Notes: a model not told the origin generated them from the sequence alone. A stretch of 51,247 bases of DNA from Candidatus Nanopelagicaceae bacterium (GCA_036769465.1 DAIPLA010000001.1:1-51247); one strand, 5' to 3'. Positions 32,877 through 44,326 are shown, counted from the first letter of the stretch. Translations and numbers: made by a program.

Positions 32877-34157
32877 TTAATCTCTTCTCTCTACGGAAAG
32901 CGCCAACATGGTTGGACCCAAGTCGCCGATTCTAACGCTTTGCTCGGAACCGTTACTCAGATTTTTGAGCGTCGCCTCGCCAGTGGCTAGTTCATTTTCG
33001 CCGAGGACGAGTGAGAAGCGCGCACCACTCTTATCAGCTGCTTTCATAGCGCCCTTGAGGGCTCGGTCGCCATAGGCCATATCCGCCGAAATGCCTTTAT
33101 CGCGAAGCGAATTAAGAAGAATAGAAACTTGCGCTTTTGCGCTCTCGCCAAGCGCAACCAAAAATAGATCTACGCCGGTGCGCATGGTTTCATCATGCGA
33201 GAACAATCCCTCTGCTCCAGCGGCCAAAACCACGCGGTCCACGCCGATGCCAAAGCCGATGCCGGAGAGATCGGCGCCGCCGAGTTGGGCCATCAGGCCG
33301 TCGTAACGGCCACCGCCACCAATTCCAGATTGTGCTCCTAGACCTTCATGCACGAATTCAAATGTGGTGCCGGTGTAGTAATCAAGTCCTCGAACCATCA
33401 TCGGATTTACAACAAACGGAATACCGAATTCAGATAAAAGCTCTTTGACTCGGTCGAAGTGGGCAGAACTCTCTGGCGAGAGATATTCGAGCAAGCGAGG
33501 CGCGTCCTTCATGGCCGCCTGCATCTCGGGTCGTTTGTCATCAAAGAGTCGCAATGGGTTAATCGCCGCACGAGCTCGAGTCGCCTCATCAAGATTCAAC
33601 CCCTCAAAGAAGTTGAGAAGATCGGCCTTATGCACCGCACGACTTTGTGCATCACCTAGCGATGTGATGTCTAGTCGAAAATTCTTCAACCCTATTGCTC
33701 GAAAACCACGCCATGCAACGGCAATCACTTCCGCGTCTAGCTCGGGATCATTCGCGCCAATCGCTTCGATACCTACCTGGTAGAACTGGCGATAACGACC
33801 GGCCTGTGGTCGTTCGGCCCGAAAGAATTGCCCCGAATACCAAACCTTCACCGGCAGCTGGCCCTTATCTAGGTTGTGTTCGATAACCGACCGCATCACG
33901 CCTGCAGTGCCCTCGGGGCGTAGGGTTATTGATCGACCGCCGCGATCTTCAAAGGTGTACATCTCTTTAGAAACCACATCGGTCGATTCCCCGACGCCGC
34001 GCTTAAACAATTCGGTATCTTCGAAAACAGGTAATTCAATAAGTTGGTAGCCAGCGCCCTTGGCGCTTGCAATCAGCGAATTACGGACGAATTCAAAGCG
34101 CGCGCTCTCACCGGGAAAATATTCACTGACGCCTTTAGGGGCTTGAAATTTACTCAT
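32877..34157 (-). CDS. hisS: Histidine--tRNA ligase
   Basis: [44 protein letters not shown] before ATG 34157. Confidence 0.98.
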   Translation of the reverse strand: MSKFQAPKGVSEYFPGESARFEFVRNSLIASAKGAGYQLIELPVFEDTELFKRGVGESTDVVSKEMYTFEDRGGRSITLRPEGTAGVMRSVIEHNLDKGQLPVKVWYSGQFFRAERPQAGRYRQFYQVGIEAIGANDPELDAEVIAVAWRGFRAIGLKNFRLDITSLGDAQSRAVHKADLLNFFEGLNLDEATRARAAINPLRLFDDKRPEMQAAMKDAPRLLEYLSPESSAHFDRVKELLSEFGIPFVVNPMMVRGLDYYTGTTFEFVHEGLGAQSGIGGGGRYDGLMAQLGGADLSGIGFGIGVDRVVLAAGAEGLFSHDETMRTGVDLFLVALGESAKAQVSILLNSLRDKGISADMAYGDRALKGAMKAADKSGARFSLVLGENELATGEATLKNLSNGSEQSVRIGDLGPTMLALSVERRD

Positions 34158-34170
34158 TACTCCCCTGTTT

Positions 34171-34866
34171 CTAAATCGCGCCGTCGAGGTATTCAGGTCG
34201 CAGGTATGGATTGCTCTTTCGCTCGCGGCCAATAGTAGTTTGTGGCCCATGGCCAGGTAGGACAATTAGCTCGTCATCCAACGGCAAAATTCGCTCCTTC
34301 AGCGATTTCCGCATCGCCGAGTCTGAACCAGTGGGCATATCTGTACGGCCTATTCCATTGGCGAACAAGACATCACCCGCGATGAGATGGCCAGAATCGA
34401 CGACAAAAACCGCAGAGCCTGCTGTATGGCCTGGTGCATGACGAGTAGAGAGCGTGAATCCTGCAATCGAGATCTCTTCGTTGTCGGATAACACTTGGAC
34501 ATCCTTTGGTTCCCGAAAGCCAGATTCGCTCATATTGAGTTCAGCCAAAATTTGCGACGTCATGCCACCGGGCTGGAGCGCCTTGAATGGATCCGCTAAG
34601 AGTCGACGGTCAGCCGTGTGCACATACGATTTCAAGCCATAGGCGTCATCGAGCGGCACGACCGAAAAGGTATGGTCTAGATGGCCATGGGTAATCACGG
34701 TTGCGATGGGTTTCAGCGAGAAATTTTTTAGCACCTTCGTTATCGCTTCAACCATATGTGGATTGGCGATCCCTGGATCAACGATGAAGCATTCGGAATT
34801 TCTGGACGGGGCAAATATCCAGCAATTGGTGGCGAAGTAGGGCGCGACTACCTGTTCAAGAATCAT
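34171..34866 (-). CDS. MBL-fold metallo-hydrolase (glyoxalase II-like)
   Basis: THGHLDH, PGHT.GS, GDVLF..GIGRTD, PGHG; conserved upstream of hisS. Confidence 0.92.
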   Translation of the reverse strand: MILEQVVAPYFATNCWIFAPSRNSECFIVDPGIANPHMVEAITKVLKNFSLKPIATVITHGHLDHTFSVVPLDDAYGLKSYVHTADRRLLADPFKALQPGGMTSQILAELNMSESGFREPKDVQVLSDNEEISIAGFTLSTRHAPGHTAGSAVFVVDSGHLIAGDVLFANGIGRTDMPTGSDSAMRKSLKERILPLDDELIVLPGHGPQTTIGRERKSNPYLRPEYLDGAI

Positions 34867-35028
34867 GGTGGATCGTGACCTGCCATTCCTGCCGGAGCCT
34901 CGTTTTATGCTGAAATTAGGCGCGAATTTTCCCGCTCCAAGGCTTCAGGGTACCGTTATCCCTGCACCAAATACCGAAACCAGTCAACGAGTCCGCATCC
35001 GCGGATGACGCGCAACCGAGGAGAACAC

Positions 35029-36354
35029 ATGGACACCAATTCAAATATTCCATCCACAATTCCACAGCAGACATCACCGCTTACCGCGGCCTCTGCCCTC
35101 ATTGGTGATCCTTCTCAATTCGGTCGCGTTGCAGAAGATGGAACAGTCTTTGTTCGGACCGCAGAAGGCGAACGTTCCGTCGGTTCCTATCCAGGCAAAA
35201 CCGCAGAGGAAGCTCTCGCTTATTTCGTCCGTAAATTTGAATCGGTCGCGTCTGAAGTAGCCTTGCTTGCTTCACGAATCAAGAATGGCGCGATGGTCCC
35301 ATCCGACGCTCACGAAGCGGTAAACAAGCTACGCGATCAGGTAAAGAACCTCAACGGCGTTGGCGACCTTAAACTTCTCGCTGACTCGGTCGAACAAATT
35401 CCTGCCCTTATTGAAGATCACCGCGCCGCTTACCAAGAGCGAAAAGACCTCGAAGCCGCCGTTCGTGAAGCTAAGCGTGCGGGCGCCCTTGTAGAAAAGG
35501 AAAAGCTTGTTGCCGAGGCGGAATCGCTAGTTCTTTCCGAAAATTGGAAGGCGACTAGCGAGCGTCTCAAGGTCCTTTTGGACGAGTGGAAAGCAGCACC
35601 CCGATTAGATAAGGCCACGGACACCGAACTCTGGAAGCGATTCTCTGCCTCGCGAAACAAGTTCGATAAGCGCCGTCGCACTCACTTCGCTTCGCTGGAT
35701 GCCGTACATGCCGAAGTCGCCGCCAAGAAGGAAGCGCTCGTCCTCGAGGCGGAGAAGTTGGTTAATTCGCGCGAGTGGCTCAACACCGCTCGTCGATTCA
35801 AGGAGTTGATGGATGGTTGGAAGGCGGCTGGTCGTGGAAAGGCCAACGTCGATACCAAGCAGTGGGCGCGTTTCAAGGCAGCTCAGGATGCCTTCTTCGC
35901 GGCGAAAAATGCCGACCTCGAAAAGCGTCAAGGATCTATGTCGGAGAATTTGGCAAAACGAGAAGCGCTAATTCCCCAAATTGAAGCACTCCTTCCCATT
36001 ACGGATCTCGCCACTGCCAAGAAGTCATTCCGCGCACTCATGGAGCAATGGCAAAAGATTGGAATTACGGATCGCAATAAGCGCGCTGCACTCGAGGCCC
36101 GTATTGAAAAGGTTGAAGCCGCAATCCACGAACTTAATGAGGAATATTCACGTCGCACCGATCCGACGGCCATCGCACGCGCGAATGATGTCGTGAAGGG
36201 CTTGGAAGACGCGATTGCTTCCTACGAGTCTCAAGCCGCAAAGGCAGAGGCTGCAGGAGATACGAAGAAAGCCACCGTCGCTCGCGAGGCCGCAGAAGCT
36301 CGTCGCGCTTGGCTCGTCGAAGCCAAGAAGGGCTTGGCCGACTTCAAGGCTTAA
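35029..36354 (+). CDS. DUF349 domain coiled-coil protein
   Basis: FGRV.EDGTVFVRT..GER.VGSY; three repeats of K..L..EAE...W......L..WK...; SD GAGGAG before ATG 35029. Confidence 0.88.
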   Translation: MDTNSNIPSTIPQQTSPLTAASALIGDPSQFGRVAEDGTVFVRTAEGERSVGSYPGKTAEEALAYFVRKFESVASEVALLASRIKNGAMVPSDAHEAVNKLRDQVKNLNGVGDLKLLADSVEQIPALIEDHRAAYQERKDLEAAVREAKRAGALVEKEKLVAEAESLVLSENWKATSERLKVLLDEWKAAPRLDKATDTELWKRFSASRNKFDKRRRTHFASLDAVHAEVAAKKEALVLEAEKLVNSREWLNTARRFKELMDGWKAAGRGKANVDTKQWARFKAAQDAFFAAKNADLEKRQGSMSENLAKREALIPQIEALLPITDLATAKKSFRALMEQWQKIGITDRNKRAALEARIEKVEAAIHELNEEYSRRTDPTAIARANDVVKGLEDAIASYESQAAKAEAAGDTKKATVAREAAEARRAWLVEAKKGLADFKA

Positions 36355-36390
36355 TAGTGGAGAACTATCGCCAGCGTTAGGTACTAGTTG

Positions 36391-38586
36391 CTAGTTGTTA
36401 CTGGTGCGATAGACGTCATAAACGCCTTCAACGCTTCGCACTGATGCAAGCACTGCATCGAGATGTGACGCGTCCGCCATTTCGAAGGTGAAGCGTGAAA
36501 TCGCGGTTCGATCCTTCGAGGTGCTCACCGAGGCGTTGAGAATATTTACGTGCTGATCAGACAAGGTCCTCGTCACGTCGGAAAGCAGACGGGCTCTATC
36601 CAGGGCTTCCACCTGGATATTTACTAGGAAGAGCGTCTTGGCGGCCAGATTCCACTTCACGTTGACGAGACGATCGCCTTGGTGCCTTCTCAAGTCTTCG
36701 ATATTCACGCAGTCGTGCCGATGAACGGATACGCCACTACCTCGGGTAATGAAGCCGACGATTTCGTCACCCGGAACGGGAGTGCAACAGCGCGCCAGTT
36801 TTACAAGGACGTCATCGCTACCTTCGACTTCAACGCCCGAAGTGCTTCTGCCCACATGGGAGCGGACCGTGGTTGGGACATAATGTTCAAGCTCAATGTC
36901 GGCACGCTCTTCCTCGGTGCCAAGCGCGGATGACAATTTCTCGACAACCATCTGAGCTGATATATGACCGTTACCCACCGCCGCGTACATCGTTTCGATA
37001 TCGTCGTAGTGCAAATCATGTGCCAGCTCTAATACGGACTGGCCCGCGAGAATCTTTTGCAGTGGCAAACCAGCCTTGCGCATCTGCCGTGCGATCGATT
37101 CACGACCGGCTTCGATCGCTTCTTCCCGGCGCTCCTTCGAGAACCAGGCCTTAATCTTCGACCTCGCCCGAGGCGACTGCGCGAAATTGAGCCAGTCCCT
37201 ACTTGGTCCAGCGCTCTCGTGCTTATTAATGACAACCTCGACCACATCACCATTCGCCAGCTTTGATTCGAGGGGAACTAATTTGCCGTTTACTTTGGCG
37301 CCAACGCACTTGTTGCCGACTTCAGTGTGGACCGCATATGCGAAATCAACCGGCGTGGAGCCACTGGGAAGGGCAATAACACTCCCCTTTGGCGTAAACA
37401 CAAAAGTCTCTGGTGTACGTAGGTCGTATCTAAGCGTGTCGAGGAAATCACCCACGTCTTCGGTCTCTTGCTGCCATTCATGCAATTGTTTCAGCCACAA
37501 CATATCCGGGCTCGAACCAGTCGAAGAATCTTGACCGGTGAGCTTATATTTCCAATGTGCCGCGATTCCATATTCTGCGCGAGCGTGCATATCGAAGGTG
37601 CGGATCTGAATTTCTACTGCTTTTCCGGTAGGTCCGATCACGGTTGTGTGCAGTGATTGATAAAGATTGAACTTCGGCATCGCGATGTAATCCTTGAATC
37701 GACCTGGGACTGGACTCCATCGAGCATGGATAGAACCAAGCACGGCATAGCAATCGCGAACGTCGTCGACCAAGATTCGAACGCCGATCAGGTCATAAAT
37801 ATCGTTGAACTCTCGACCACGAACAACCATCTTTTGATAGACGCTATAGAGATGCTTCTGGCGACCGCTCACCTGCGCCTTGATCTCTTCAGAACTCAAA
37901 TCTGAACCGATTGCAGCAATAACTTCTTCGGTGACCTTACTTCGCGAAGGCGACCGTTCTTGAACAAGTCGTTCAATCTCTTCATATTTCTTTGGTTCGA
38001 GGGTTCGAAACGAGAGGTCTTCGAGCTCCCATTTAATCGCCGACATACCCAACCGATGCGCCAATGGCGCATAAATATCAAGGGTCTCGCGCGCCTTCCG
38101 GCTAGCCGATTCGGGATTAACAAATTTCCATGTACGCGCGTTGTGCAATCGATCGGCAAGCTTGATCACCAGCACTCGAATATCTCTCGACATTGCAATA
38201 ACCATCTTGCGAAGCGTCTCTGCCTCAGCCGTTGGGCCGTAGGTCAATTTATCAAGCTTGGTAACACCATCGACCAGCGTCGACACTTCAGAACCAAAAT
38301 CTCGGTTCAAATCCGACAACGAATAGTCGGTGTCTTCCACGGTGTCATGCAAAAGCGCCGCGATGATTGTTGATGAATCGAGGCCGATATCTGCCAAGAT
38401 TTCGGCAACCGCAACCGGATGAGTTATGTACGGTTCGCCGGATTTACGAAGTTGACCCGCATGCGCCTGATCCGCGACCTGGTAGGCGCGAACAACATCA
38501 TCGAGTTTGGCGTGCGGATGGTGGTGAGAGACCTTCTCTAAAAGTGGCGCAAGAAGCGGGTCTGCTGAATTAACCCGAGCGCCCAT
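36391..38586 (-). CDS. relA: Bifunctional (p)ppGpp synthetase/hydrolase (long RSH)
   Basis: YITHP, LHDTVED, RFKD, YQSLHT, EIQIRT, TGS, CC.PVPGD, ACT domains. Confidence 0.98.
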   Translation of the reverse strand: MGARVNSADPLLAPLLEKVSHHHPHAKLDDVVRAYQVADQAHAGQLRKSGEPYITHPVAVAEILADIGLDSSTIIAALLHDTVEDTDYSLSDLNRDFGSEVSTLVDGVTKLDKLTYGPTAEAETLRKMVIAMSRDIRVLVIKLADRLHNARTWKFVNPESASRKARETLDIYAPLAHRLGMSAIKWELEDLSFRTLEPKKYEEIERLVQERSPSRSKVTEEVIAAIGSDLSSEEIKAQVSGRQKHLYSVYQKMVVRGREFNDIYDLIGVRILVDDVRDCYAVLGSIHARWSPVPGRFKDYIAMPKFNLYQSLHTTVIGPTGKAVEIQIRTFDMHARAEYGIAAHWKYKLTGQDSSTGSSPDMLWLKQLHEWQQETEDVGDFLDTLRYDLRTPETFVFTPKGSVIALPSGSTPVDFAYAVHTEVGNKCVGAKVNGKLVPLESKLANGDVVEVVINKHESAGPSRDWLNFAQSPRARSKIKAWFSKERREEAIEAGRESIARQMRKAGLPLQKILAGQSVLELAHDLHYDDIETMYAAVGNGHISAQMVVEKLSSALGTEEERADIELEHYVPTTVRSHVGRSTSGVEVEGSDDVLVKLARCCTPVPGDEIVGFITRGSGVSVHRHDCVNIEDLRRHQGDRLVNVKWNLAAKTLFLVNIQVEALDRARLLSDVTRTLSDQHVNILNASVSTSKDRTAISRFTFEMADASHLDAVLASVRSVEGVYDVYRTSNN

Positions 38587-38592
38587 GCTTCT

Positions 38593-38598
38593 ACTTTA
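38593..38598 (-). promoter_or_regulatory. Putative -10 (TAAAGT) 6 nt before rel ATG; leaderless
   Basis: TANNNT-N6-start. Confidence 0.55.
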
Positions 38599-38632
38599 CT
38601 CGTAGCTGCATGGGCGCTGATGGTGAAATCCC

Positions 38633-39724
38633 TTATCGACGCTTTCGCTTCGGCTGGTTACGTGGACCGCGTTGGTAATTTGCCTTAGTGTCGACGGCCT
38701 CGCCCAAAACGTTTACAGGAGCGGCTTCTGTCGGAGATTGCGATGCATCACGATTCGTCAGGCCGGAACGAGCCTGGACGCGCTTGGTCAGAGCCTTCAT
38801 GCCTGGCTCACGTTCGCGCAATTGGGCCAAGATTGGAGTAGCGACGAAAATCGACGAATACGTACCGGTCGCAAGACCGACGAACAAGGCTAGAGAGAGA
38901 TCCTTGAGCGTACCTGCACCCAACAATCCTGCGCCCACGAAGAGGATTGAAGCAACCGGGAGGAGCGCGATTAATGAGGTGTTGAACGAACGTACAAGAG
39001 TCTGATTAACAGCGAGGTTAGCCGCTTCGGAATACGTGACCTTGCCGACGCTGGTCACCGACCGAGTATTTTCGCGGACCTTATCGAACACAACCACCGT
39101 GTCGTACAGCGAGTATCCGAGGATGGTCAGGAAGCCAATGACCGTTGCCGGGGTGACATCAAAACCAACCAGAGCGTAAATTCCCACCGTAATGAAGACG
39201 TCGTGGATTACAGCCACAATCGCGGCGATAGCCATCTTCGGCTCAAAGGCCAAAGCGAGATAGAGCATGACCACAATGATGAAACCAAAGAGACCATAAA
39301 GAGCCTTGTGCGTGATTTCCTTACCCCACGAAGGTCCAATACTCGTTGTGTCGATTGTGTTTATATCGACGGCGAAGGATTGCGCCAACTGAGTTTGCAA
39401 CGCATTGGAATCAGCATTAGACAGTGCGCCGGTCTGGATCGAAATCTTGTTGGATCCAATTTTTTGAACGATTGTCTCGCCGGTAATACCCGCTGCCTTT
39501 ATCGCGGACTGAGCCTCGGCGATGGTTCCGCCAGACTTCGAGACGATGAAGGACGCGCCGCCCTTGAATTCAATACCTAGCTTGAGCCCCGACGTACCGA
39601 GCGCGATGGCAGAGATGATGATGACCAAACCGGAGAGCGCGTACCAACGACGGCGCTTGCCGATGAAATCTATGGAAGTTTCGCCGCGGTAGAGACGGCC
39701 GCCAAGACCTGAAAGCTTCGACAC
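38633..39724 (-). CDS. secF: Protein translocase subunit SecF
   Basis: LGIEFKGG, IGPSWG, LGYSLYDTVVVFDKVREN, QTLVRS.NTS. Confidence 0.97.
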   Translation of the reverse strand: MSKLSGLGGRLYRGETSIDFIGKRRRWYALSGLVIIISAIALGTSGLKLGIEFKGGASFIVSKSGGTIAEAQSAIKAAGITGETIVQKIGSNKISIQTGALSNADSNALQTQLAQSFAVDINTIDTTSIGPSWGKEITHKALYGLFGFIIVVMLYLALAFEPKMAIAAIVAVIHDVFITVGIYALVGFDVTPATVIGFLTILGYSLYDTVVVFDKVRENTRSVTSVGKVTYSEAANLAVNQTLVRSFNTSLIALLPVASILFVGAGLLGAGTLKDLSLALFVGLATGTYSSIFVATPILAQLREREPGMKALTKRVQARSGLTNRDASQSPTEAAPVNVLGEAVDTKANYQRGPRNQPKRKRR

Positions 39725-39726
39725 GA

Positions 39727-41280
39727 TTAGGCCTCCTTTCCGTTAGAGCCATTGATGGAATCAGAGATTTTGGAAGGTGAAACGCCCAGGCTCTTCTGTG
39801 AGAATCCGGACCACGTACTTCCCTGCGCGTAAAAGCCAATCCGAGAAATAACCGAGACGAGCGGCTTGGTAAAGAAGAACACCACAACCAAGTCAACGAC
39901 GGTGGTTAATCCCAAGGTAAAGGCGAAACCACGAACGCTGCCAACAGCGAAGAAGTACAGCAGAATCGAAGCAATGAGCGAGACGAAGTCTGCAACCAGA
40001 ATCGTGCGACGGGCGCGCGCCCAACCAGTTTCCACGGCGGTGCGCAATGAGCGACCTTCGCGAACCTCATCGCGCAAGCGCTCAAAATAGACCACGAATG
40101 AGTCCGCAGTAATACCAATGGAGACAATCGCACCGGCAATTCCCGCGAGCGTCAATGTAAAGCCAATCCATTTGCCGAGCAACAAGAACGAAAGGACCGT
40201 TATTGCGCCAGCTACCGCGAGTGAACCGATGGAGACTAATCCAAGGCCGCGGTAGTACAGAAGCGAATAGAGAACGACGAGAATCAGACCAATCGCTCCC
40301 GCGAGTAGTCCCGCACGAAGTTGGTCAGCACCCAAGGTTGGGGAGATCTGTTGAACCTCACCACGGTCGAACGCCAATGGAAGGGCGCCGTATTTCAAAA
40401 CGTTGGCCAGGTCGGTGGCATCTGTTTGAGTGAAGTTTCCTGTGATCTGAGCCGAGCCCGAGACAATCGCTTCGTTAATGCGCGGAGCGGAAACGACTAA
40501 ACCATCGAGCACAATCGCTGCCTGATTTTGCGGCGTTGCCAACTTTGTTACACGAGTCGTCATCGCGCCGAACTTTGATGTTCCGTTGCCGTTGAAATTC
40601 AGCAATACGTACCAACCAGAACCGCCTTGTTGATCGATAGCAGCGGTTGCCTTTGAAACGTCAGAACCCAAAACTTCGGCTGGGGCGAGAATGTATTTTG
40701 AAGTACCTGCACGATTACACGTGACAAGTGGCGCGCTCGGGTCATCGCCACCGCCGCCTTGACGGTTCTTAACATTTGAGCAATCAAGCGCCGCGTATTG
40801 AGCGTTCAAAGCTGGAGTAACACCGGTAGGAAGTGACGCTGCGGTCTTAGTGTCAGTAGATGCGCTTGTCGCGGCAGCTGCGCCCTCAACCAGTACTTGG
40901 CGGAAACGCAATTCCGCGGTTTGACCGACCAAATCAACGATTCGACGACCGGTAGCTCCTGGAACAGAGATGACAATCTGACGATTAACGCCGGTGCCTT
41001 GTGCCGATACTTCTGACTCAGCAACGCCGAGTGAGTTCACGCGTTGACGAATGATCGAGACAGCCTGATCAATCGCGGCGCTCGTGATCTTTCCACCGGC
41101 TGTCGCGCGAGGTTGGAGCGTTACGGACGTTCCGCCTCGAAGATCAAGACCCAACTTAAATGAGGTCGCGCCTTGCAAGATTGCGAGGGCAGAAAATGCG
41201 ACTAGCGCTATCGCCAGGATCGCAACGGTGCGTCCAGGATGGCCAGTTGGCTTGGCTGATTTGGGATTAATGGCAGACAT
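39727..41280 (-). CDS. secD: Protein translocase subunit SecD
   Basis: LGLDLRGG, RVNSLGVAE, L.YGALP, DSFVVYFER; start placed at ATG 41280. Confidence 0.97.
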   Translation of the reverse strand: MSAINPKSAKPTGHPGRTVAILAIALVAFSALAILQGATSFKLGLDLRGGTSVTLQPRATAGGKITSAAIDQAVSIIRQRVNSLGVAESEVSAQGTGVNRQIVISVPGATGRRIVDLVGQTAELRFRQVLVEGAAAATSASTDTKTAASLPTGVTPALNAQYAALDCSNVKNRQGGGGDDPSAPLVTCNRAGTSKYILAPAEVLGSDVSKATAAIDQQGGSGWYVLLNFNGNGTSKFGAMTTRVTKLATPQNQAAIVLDGLVVSAPRINEAIVSGSAQITGNFTQTDATDLANVLKYGALPLAFDRGEVQQISPTLGADQLRAGLLAGAIGLILVVLYSLLYYRGLGLVSIGSLAVAGAITVLSFLLLGKWIGFTLTLAGIAGAIVSIGITADSFVVYFERLRDEVREGRSLRTAVETGWARARRTILVADFVSLIASILLYFFAVGSVRGFAFTLGLTTVVDLVVVFFFTKPLVSVISRIGFYAQGSTWSGFSQKSLGVSPSKISDSINGSNGKEA

Positions 41281-41291
41281 GAGGGGCAAGT

Positions 41292-42374
41292 CTAGGCATC
41301 AGAACTCGGTGTGTCGAAAAGGCCAATCTGTGTGGCGTTTTCAAGCACAGTGGCGGGCGGCTTCAGCCCCAAGTGGGCGTAACCCGCCGCGGTCGCAATT
41401 CGCCCCCGTGGCGTCCTGCTGATAAAGCCTTGGCGAACCAAGAATGGCTCGGCCAAACTTTCGATGGTTTCGCCTTCCTCGCCGATCGCCATGGAGAGAG
41501 TATTAACTCCGACCGGTCCCCCATTAAATCTTTCAATAATCGCTCGCAGAACCGCTTGGTCCAAACGATCAAGTCCAAGCCGATCAACTTCATACATTTC
41601 CAACGCGGCTTGCGCGTCCTCAACCGTAATCGACCCGGAGCCATGCACCTCTGAATAATCGCGTACGCGCCGCAGAAGGCGATTTGCAACCCGAGGAGTT
41701 CCACGCGATCGCGATCCAATCTCGGTCACAGCAGCGGCATCGATATCGATCTTGAGCAACTCCGCACTACGTTGGACGATGCGCGCAAGATCTGCTTCCT
41801 CATAGAAATCCAATTGCGCGGTGAAGCCGAAGCGATCCCGGAGCGGGCTGGGCAATAGCCCCGCCCTCGTCGTGGCTCCGACGAGAGTGAAATGCGGAAG
41901 GTCAAGCGGGATGGCCGTTGCGCCAACGCCCTTACCCACAATCACGTCGACCCGAAAATCCTCCATCGCCATATAGAGAAGTTCCTCGGCCGGACGAGAC
42001 ATACGATGAATTTCATCTAAAAATAAAATCTCACCTTCGACCAATGTGCTCAAGATTGCCGCAAGATCCCCAGCATGCTGAATCGCTGGTCCACTAGTGA
42101 TTCTTATCGGGGCGCCCATTTCGGTCGCGATAATTAAGGCCAGCGTAGTTTTGCCAAGACCCGGGGGCCCTGAGAGCAGTACATGGTCTGCGGGCCGGTT
42201 ACGCGATCTCGCGGCAGACAATAAAAGATCTAGTTGTTGTTTAACTCGATCTTGCCCAACGAACTCCGCCAGAGCGGAAGGCCGCAGCGCGGACTCAATC
42301 GACTGTTCCTCGGATGAAGCGGAATTTGAGGTTATGCGATCCGAACTCATATCCGAACTCATATCCGAACTCAT
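41292..42374 (-). CDS. ruvB: Holliday junction branch migration helicase RuvB
   Basis: [42 protein letters not shown]. Confidence 0.98.
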   Translation of the reverse strand: MSSDMSSDMSSDRITSNSASSEEQSIESALRPSALAEFVGQDRVKQQLDLLLSAARSRNRPADHVLLSGPPGLGKTTLALIIATEMGAPIRITSGPAIQHAGDLAAILSTLVEGEILFLDEIHRMSRPAEELLYMAMEDFRVDVIVGKGVGATAIPLDLPHFTLVGATTRAGLLPSPLRDRFGFTAQLDFYEEADLARIVQRSAELLKIDIDAAAVTEIGSRSRGTPRVANRLLRRVRDYSEVHGSGSITVEDAQAALEMYEVDRLGLDRLDQAVLRAIIERFNGGPVGVNTLSMAIGEEGETIESLAEPFLVRQGFISRTPRGRIATAAGYAHLGLKPPATVLENATQIGLFDTPSSDA

Positions 42375-42376
42375 AT
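42339..42376 (-). repeat. Perfect 12-bp tandem repeat (ATGAGTTCGGAT x3) at ruvA/ruvB junction
   Basis: Plus strand atccgaactcat at 42339, 42351, 42363; encodes MSSD x3. Confidence 0.95.
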
Positions 42377-42973
42377 AGAACGACCGCGACTCTGTAAGGC
42401 GATTTTAAGAATCTCTGCGATTGGCTTTTCAGAGATAGCAGCACCAATCTCCTCAGCGACCGAACTCGCTGCACTCTCCGCATCGCGGGCGGTGTATCCC
42501 AAATTCATCAATGCCGAAGTCAGCGACTCCCGCCACGACGATGAACTCGTCGTTTCACCGCGGTGTTGGGGCAGCGCCCCAACCTTTTCCTTTAGTTCCA
42601 GAACGACCCTAGCCGATCCCTTTTTTCCAAGACCCGGGATTTTCTCGAGAATCGAGGCGTTACCGGTCGAGATCGCGCTGACGAGTTCTCGCTCACCCAA
42701 CACCGACAAGGCCGATTGCGCGACCTTGGGTCCGATGCCGCTCACTGTTTGCAATAGTTCAAAGAAATCTCGTGCGGCTGCACTTTCGAATCCATAGAGC
42801 GTGAGGGAATCCTCGCGAACTATTAACGACGTATGCAGGTGAGCAACGTTGCCAAGACGCAGTTCCATTGCGGTGCGCGCAGGCAGTTGAACTTGAATCC
42901 CGACTCCCCCAACCTCAATAACCGCGGAAGACAGTCCAAGTGCGGAAATAACCCCGGAGATACTGGCGATCAT
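42371..42973 (-). CDS. ruvA: Holliday junction DNA-binding protein RuvA
   Basis: [28 protein letters not shown]. Confidence 0.97.
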   Translation of the reverse strand: MIASISGVISALGLSSAVIEVGGVGIQVQLPARTAMELRLGNVAHLHTSLIVREDSLTLYGFESAAARDFFELLQTVSGIGPKVAQSALSVLGERELVSAISTGNASILEKIPGLGKKGSARVVLELKEKVGALPQHRGETTSSSSWRESLTSALMNLGYTARDAESAASSVAEEIGAAISEKPIAEILKIALQSRGRSI

Positions 42974-43506
42974 CGGGCGTTCGCCTTAATTTTCGCTTTA
43001 GCGGCCGAGACCGCCGTCGCAAGTTTGTTGTTTGCCGAGCCCCGCCAATGATGGCAAATGGCTAGTGCCAACGCGTCGGTACTATCCGCTGGCTTTGGAG
43101 TTTCAGAAAGTTTTAGCAACTTGGTAACCATGAGCGCTACTTGCTTCTTATCAGCTCGACCGGAACCAGTAACAGCAGCCTTCACTTCAGAGGGAGTATG
43201 CATCACGACCGGAATTCCTGAACGAGCAGCGATAAGTAACGCCACCCCCGCCGCCTGTCCGGTCGCCATAGCGGTCCGAACGTTGAGTTGCGAAAAGACT
43301 CGTTCGACCGCGATGACATCTGGTCGGTGTGTCGATATCCAATCGGTGATTTCAGATTCAAGCTGAAGAAGACGTGTTTCCAGCCCTAACTCGGTCCCCG
43401 TTCGAATTACTCCGACGGCGACCATTTCCAAATTCTGTTGGCCGTGCGAATCAACAACCGCAATACCGCACCGAGTGAGGCCCGGATCGATGCCTAGTAC
43501 GCGCAC
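42970..43506 (-). CDS. ruvC: Crossover junction endodeoxyribonuclease RuvC
   Basis: LGIDPG, AVERVF, VK.AVTGSG.ADK.QV, DALALAICH. Confidence 0.98.
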   Translation of the reverse strand: MRVLGIDPGLTRCGIAVVDSHGQQNLEMVAVGVIRTGTELGLETRLLQLESEITDWISTHRPDVIAVERVFSQLNVRTAMATGQAAGVALLIAARSGIPVVMHTPSEVKAAVTGSGRADKKQVALMVTKLLKLSETPKPADSTDALALAICHHWRGSANNKLATAVSAAKAKIKANAR

Positions 43507-43518
43507 GGAGTTCTCATT

Positions 43519-44268
43519 TTAGAGCGATGCCATGACCTCATCGGAAACGTCAAAATTTCCGTAGACATTTTGAACATCATCTAAATCTTCAATTGCGTCG
43601 ATCAGATTGAACAGCTTGGTCGCGTTATCCGCATCCAACGGCACGGACAAGGTAGGCAAGAACGAGCTATCAGCTGATTCGTAGTCAATGCCAGATGACT
43701 GCAGCGCCTCGCGCACCTTCACCAGGTCGCTCGGATCGGTAACGACCTCGAACGAATCTCCTAAGTCATTAACTTCCTCGGCGCCCGCTTCTAAAACGCT
43801 CTCCAACACCTTGTCCTCAGTAAGGCCACCATTTTTAGAAACGATGATGACGCCTTTGCGATTGAACATATAAGAGACGGAACCAGGGTCGGCCATATTG
43901 CCACCGTTGCGAGTAACCGCCACGCGGACTTCGGATGCCGCTCTATTTCGATTATCAGACAGGCACTCAATCAGAAGTGCGACTCCGCCAGGTCCATAAC
44001 CCTCGTACATGATGGTCTGCCAGTCGGCTCCACCGGATTCAAGGCCGCCGCCTCGCTTGATAGCGCGTTCGATATTGTCGGCGGGTACAGAATTCTTCTT
44101 CGCCTTGGCGATCGCATCGAAGAGGGTTGGATTGCCATCAACATCGGGCCCACCGGTTCGAGCCGCGACTTCAATACCTTTAATTAATTTGGCAAAGTTC
44201 TTCGCTCGCTTGGAGTCGATGATTGCCTTCTTGTGCTTGGTCGTTGCCCACTTGGAATGGCCTGACAC
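43519..44268 (-). CDS. yebC: YebC/PmpR family protein
   Basis: [35 protein letters not shown] 6 nt before GTG 44268. Confidence 0.96.
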   Translation of the reverse strand: MSGHSKWATTKHKKAIIDSKRAKNFAKLIKGIEVAARTGGPDVDGNPTLFDAIAKAKKNSVPADNIERAIKRGGGLESGGADWQTIMYEGYGPGGVALLIECLSDNRNRAASEVRVAVTRNGGNMADPGSVSYMFNRKGVIIVSKNGGLTEDKVLESVLEAGAEEVNDLGDSFEVVTDPSDLVKVREALQSSGIDYESADSSFLPTLSVPLDADNATKLFNLIDAIEDLDDVQNVYGNFDVSDEVMASL

Positions 44269-44326
44269 GTCCAACCTCCTAAAAAGCCTGGAAAAGTTAT
44301 GGCCTAAAACTACCGTATAGAACTGG

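Noticed and set aside
36355..36390. Bidirectional terminator between convergent DUF349 and rel
   Set aside because: No convincing stem-loop in the 36-bp gap.
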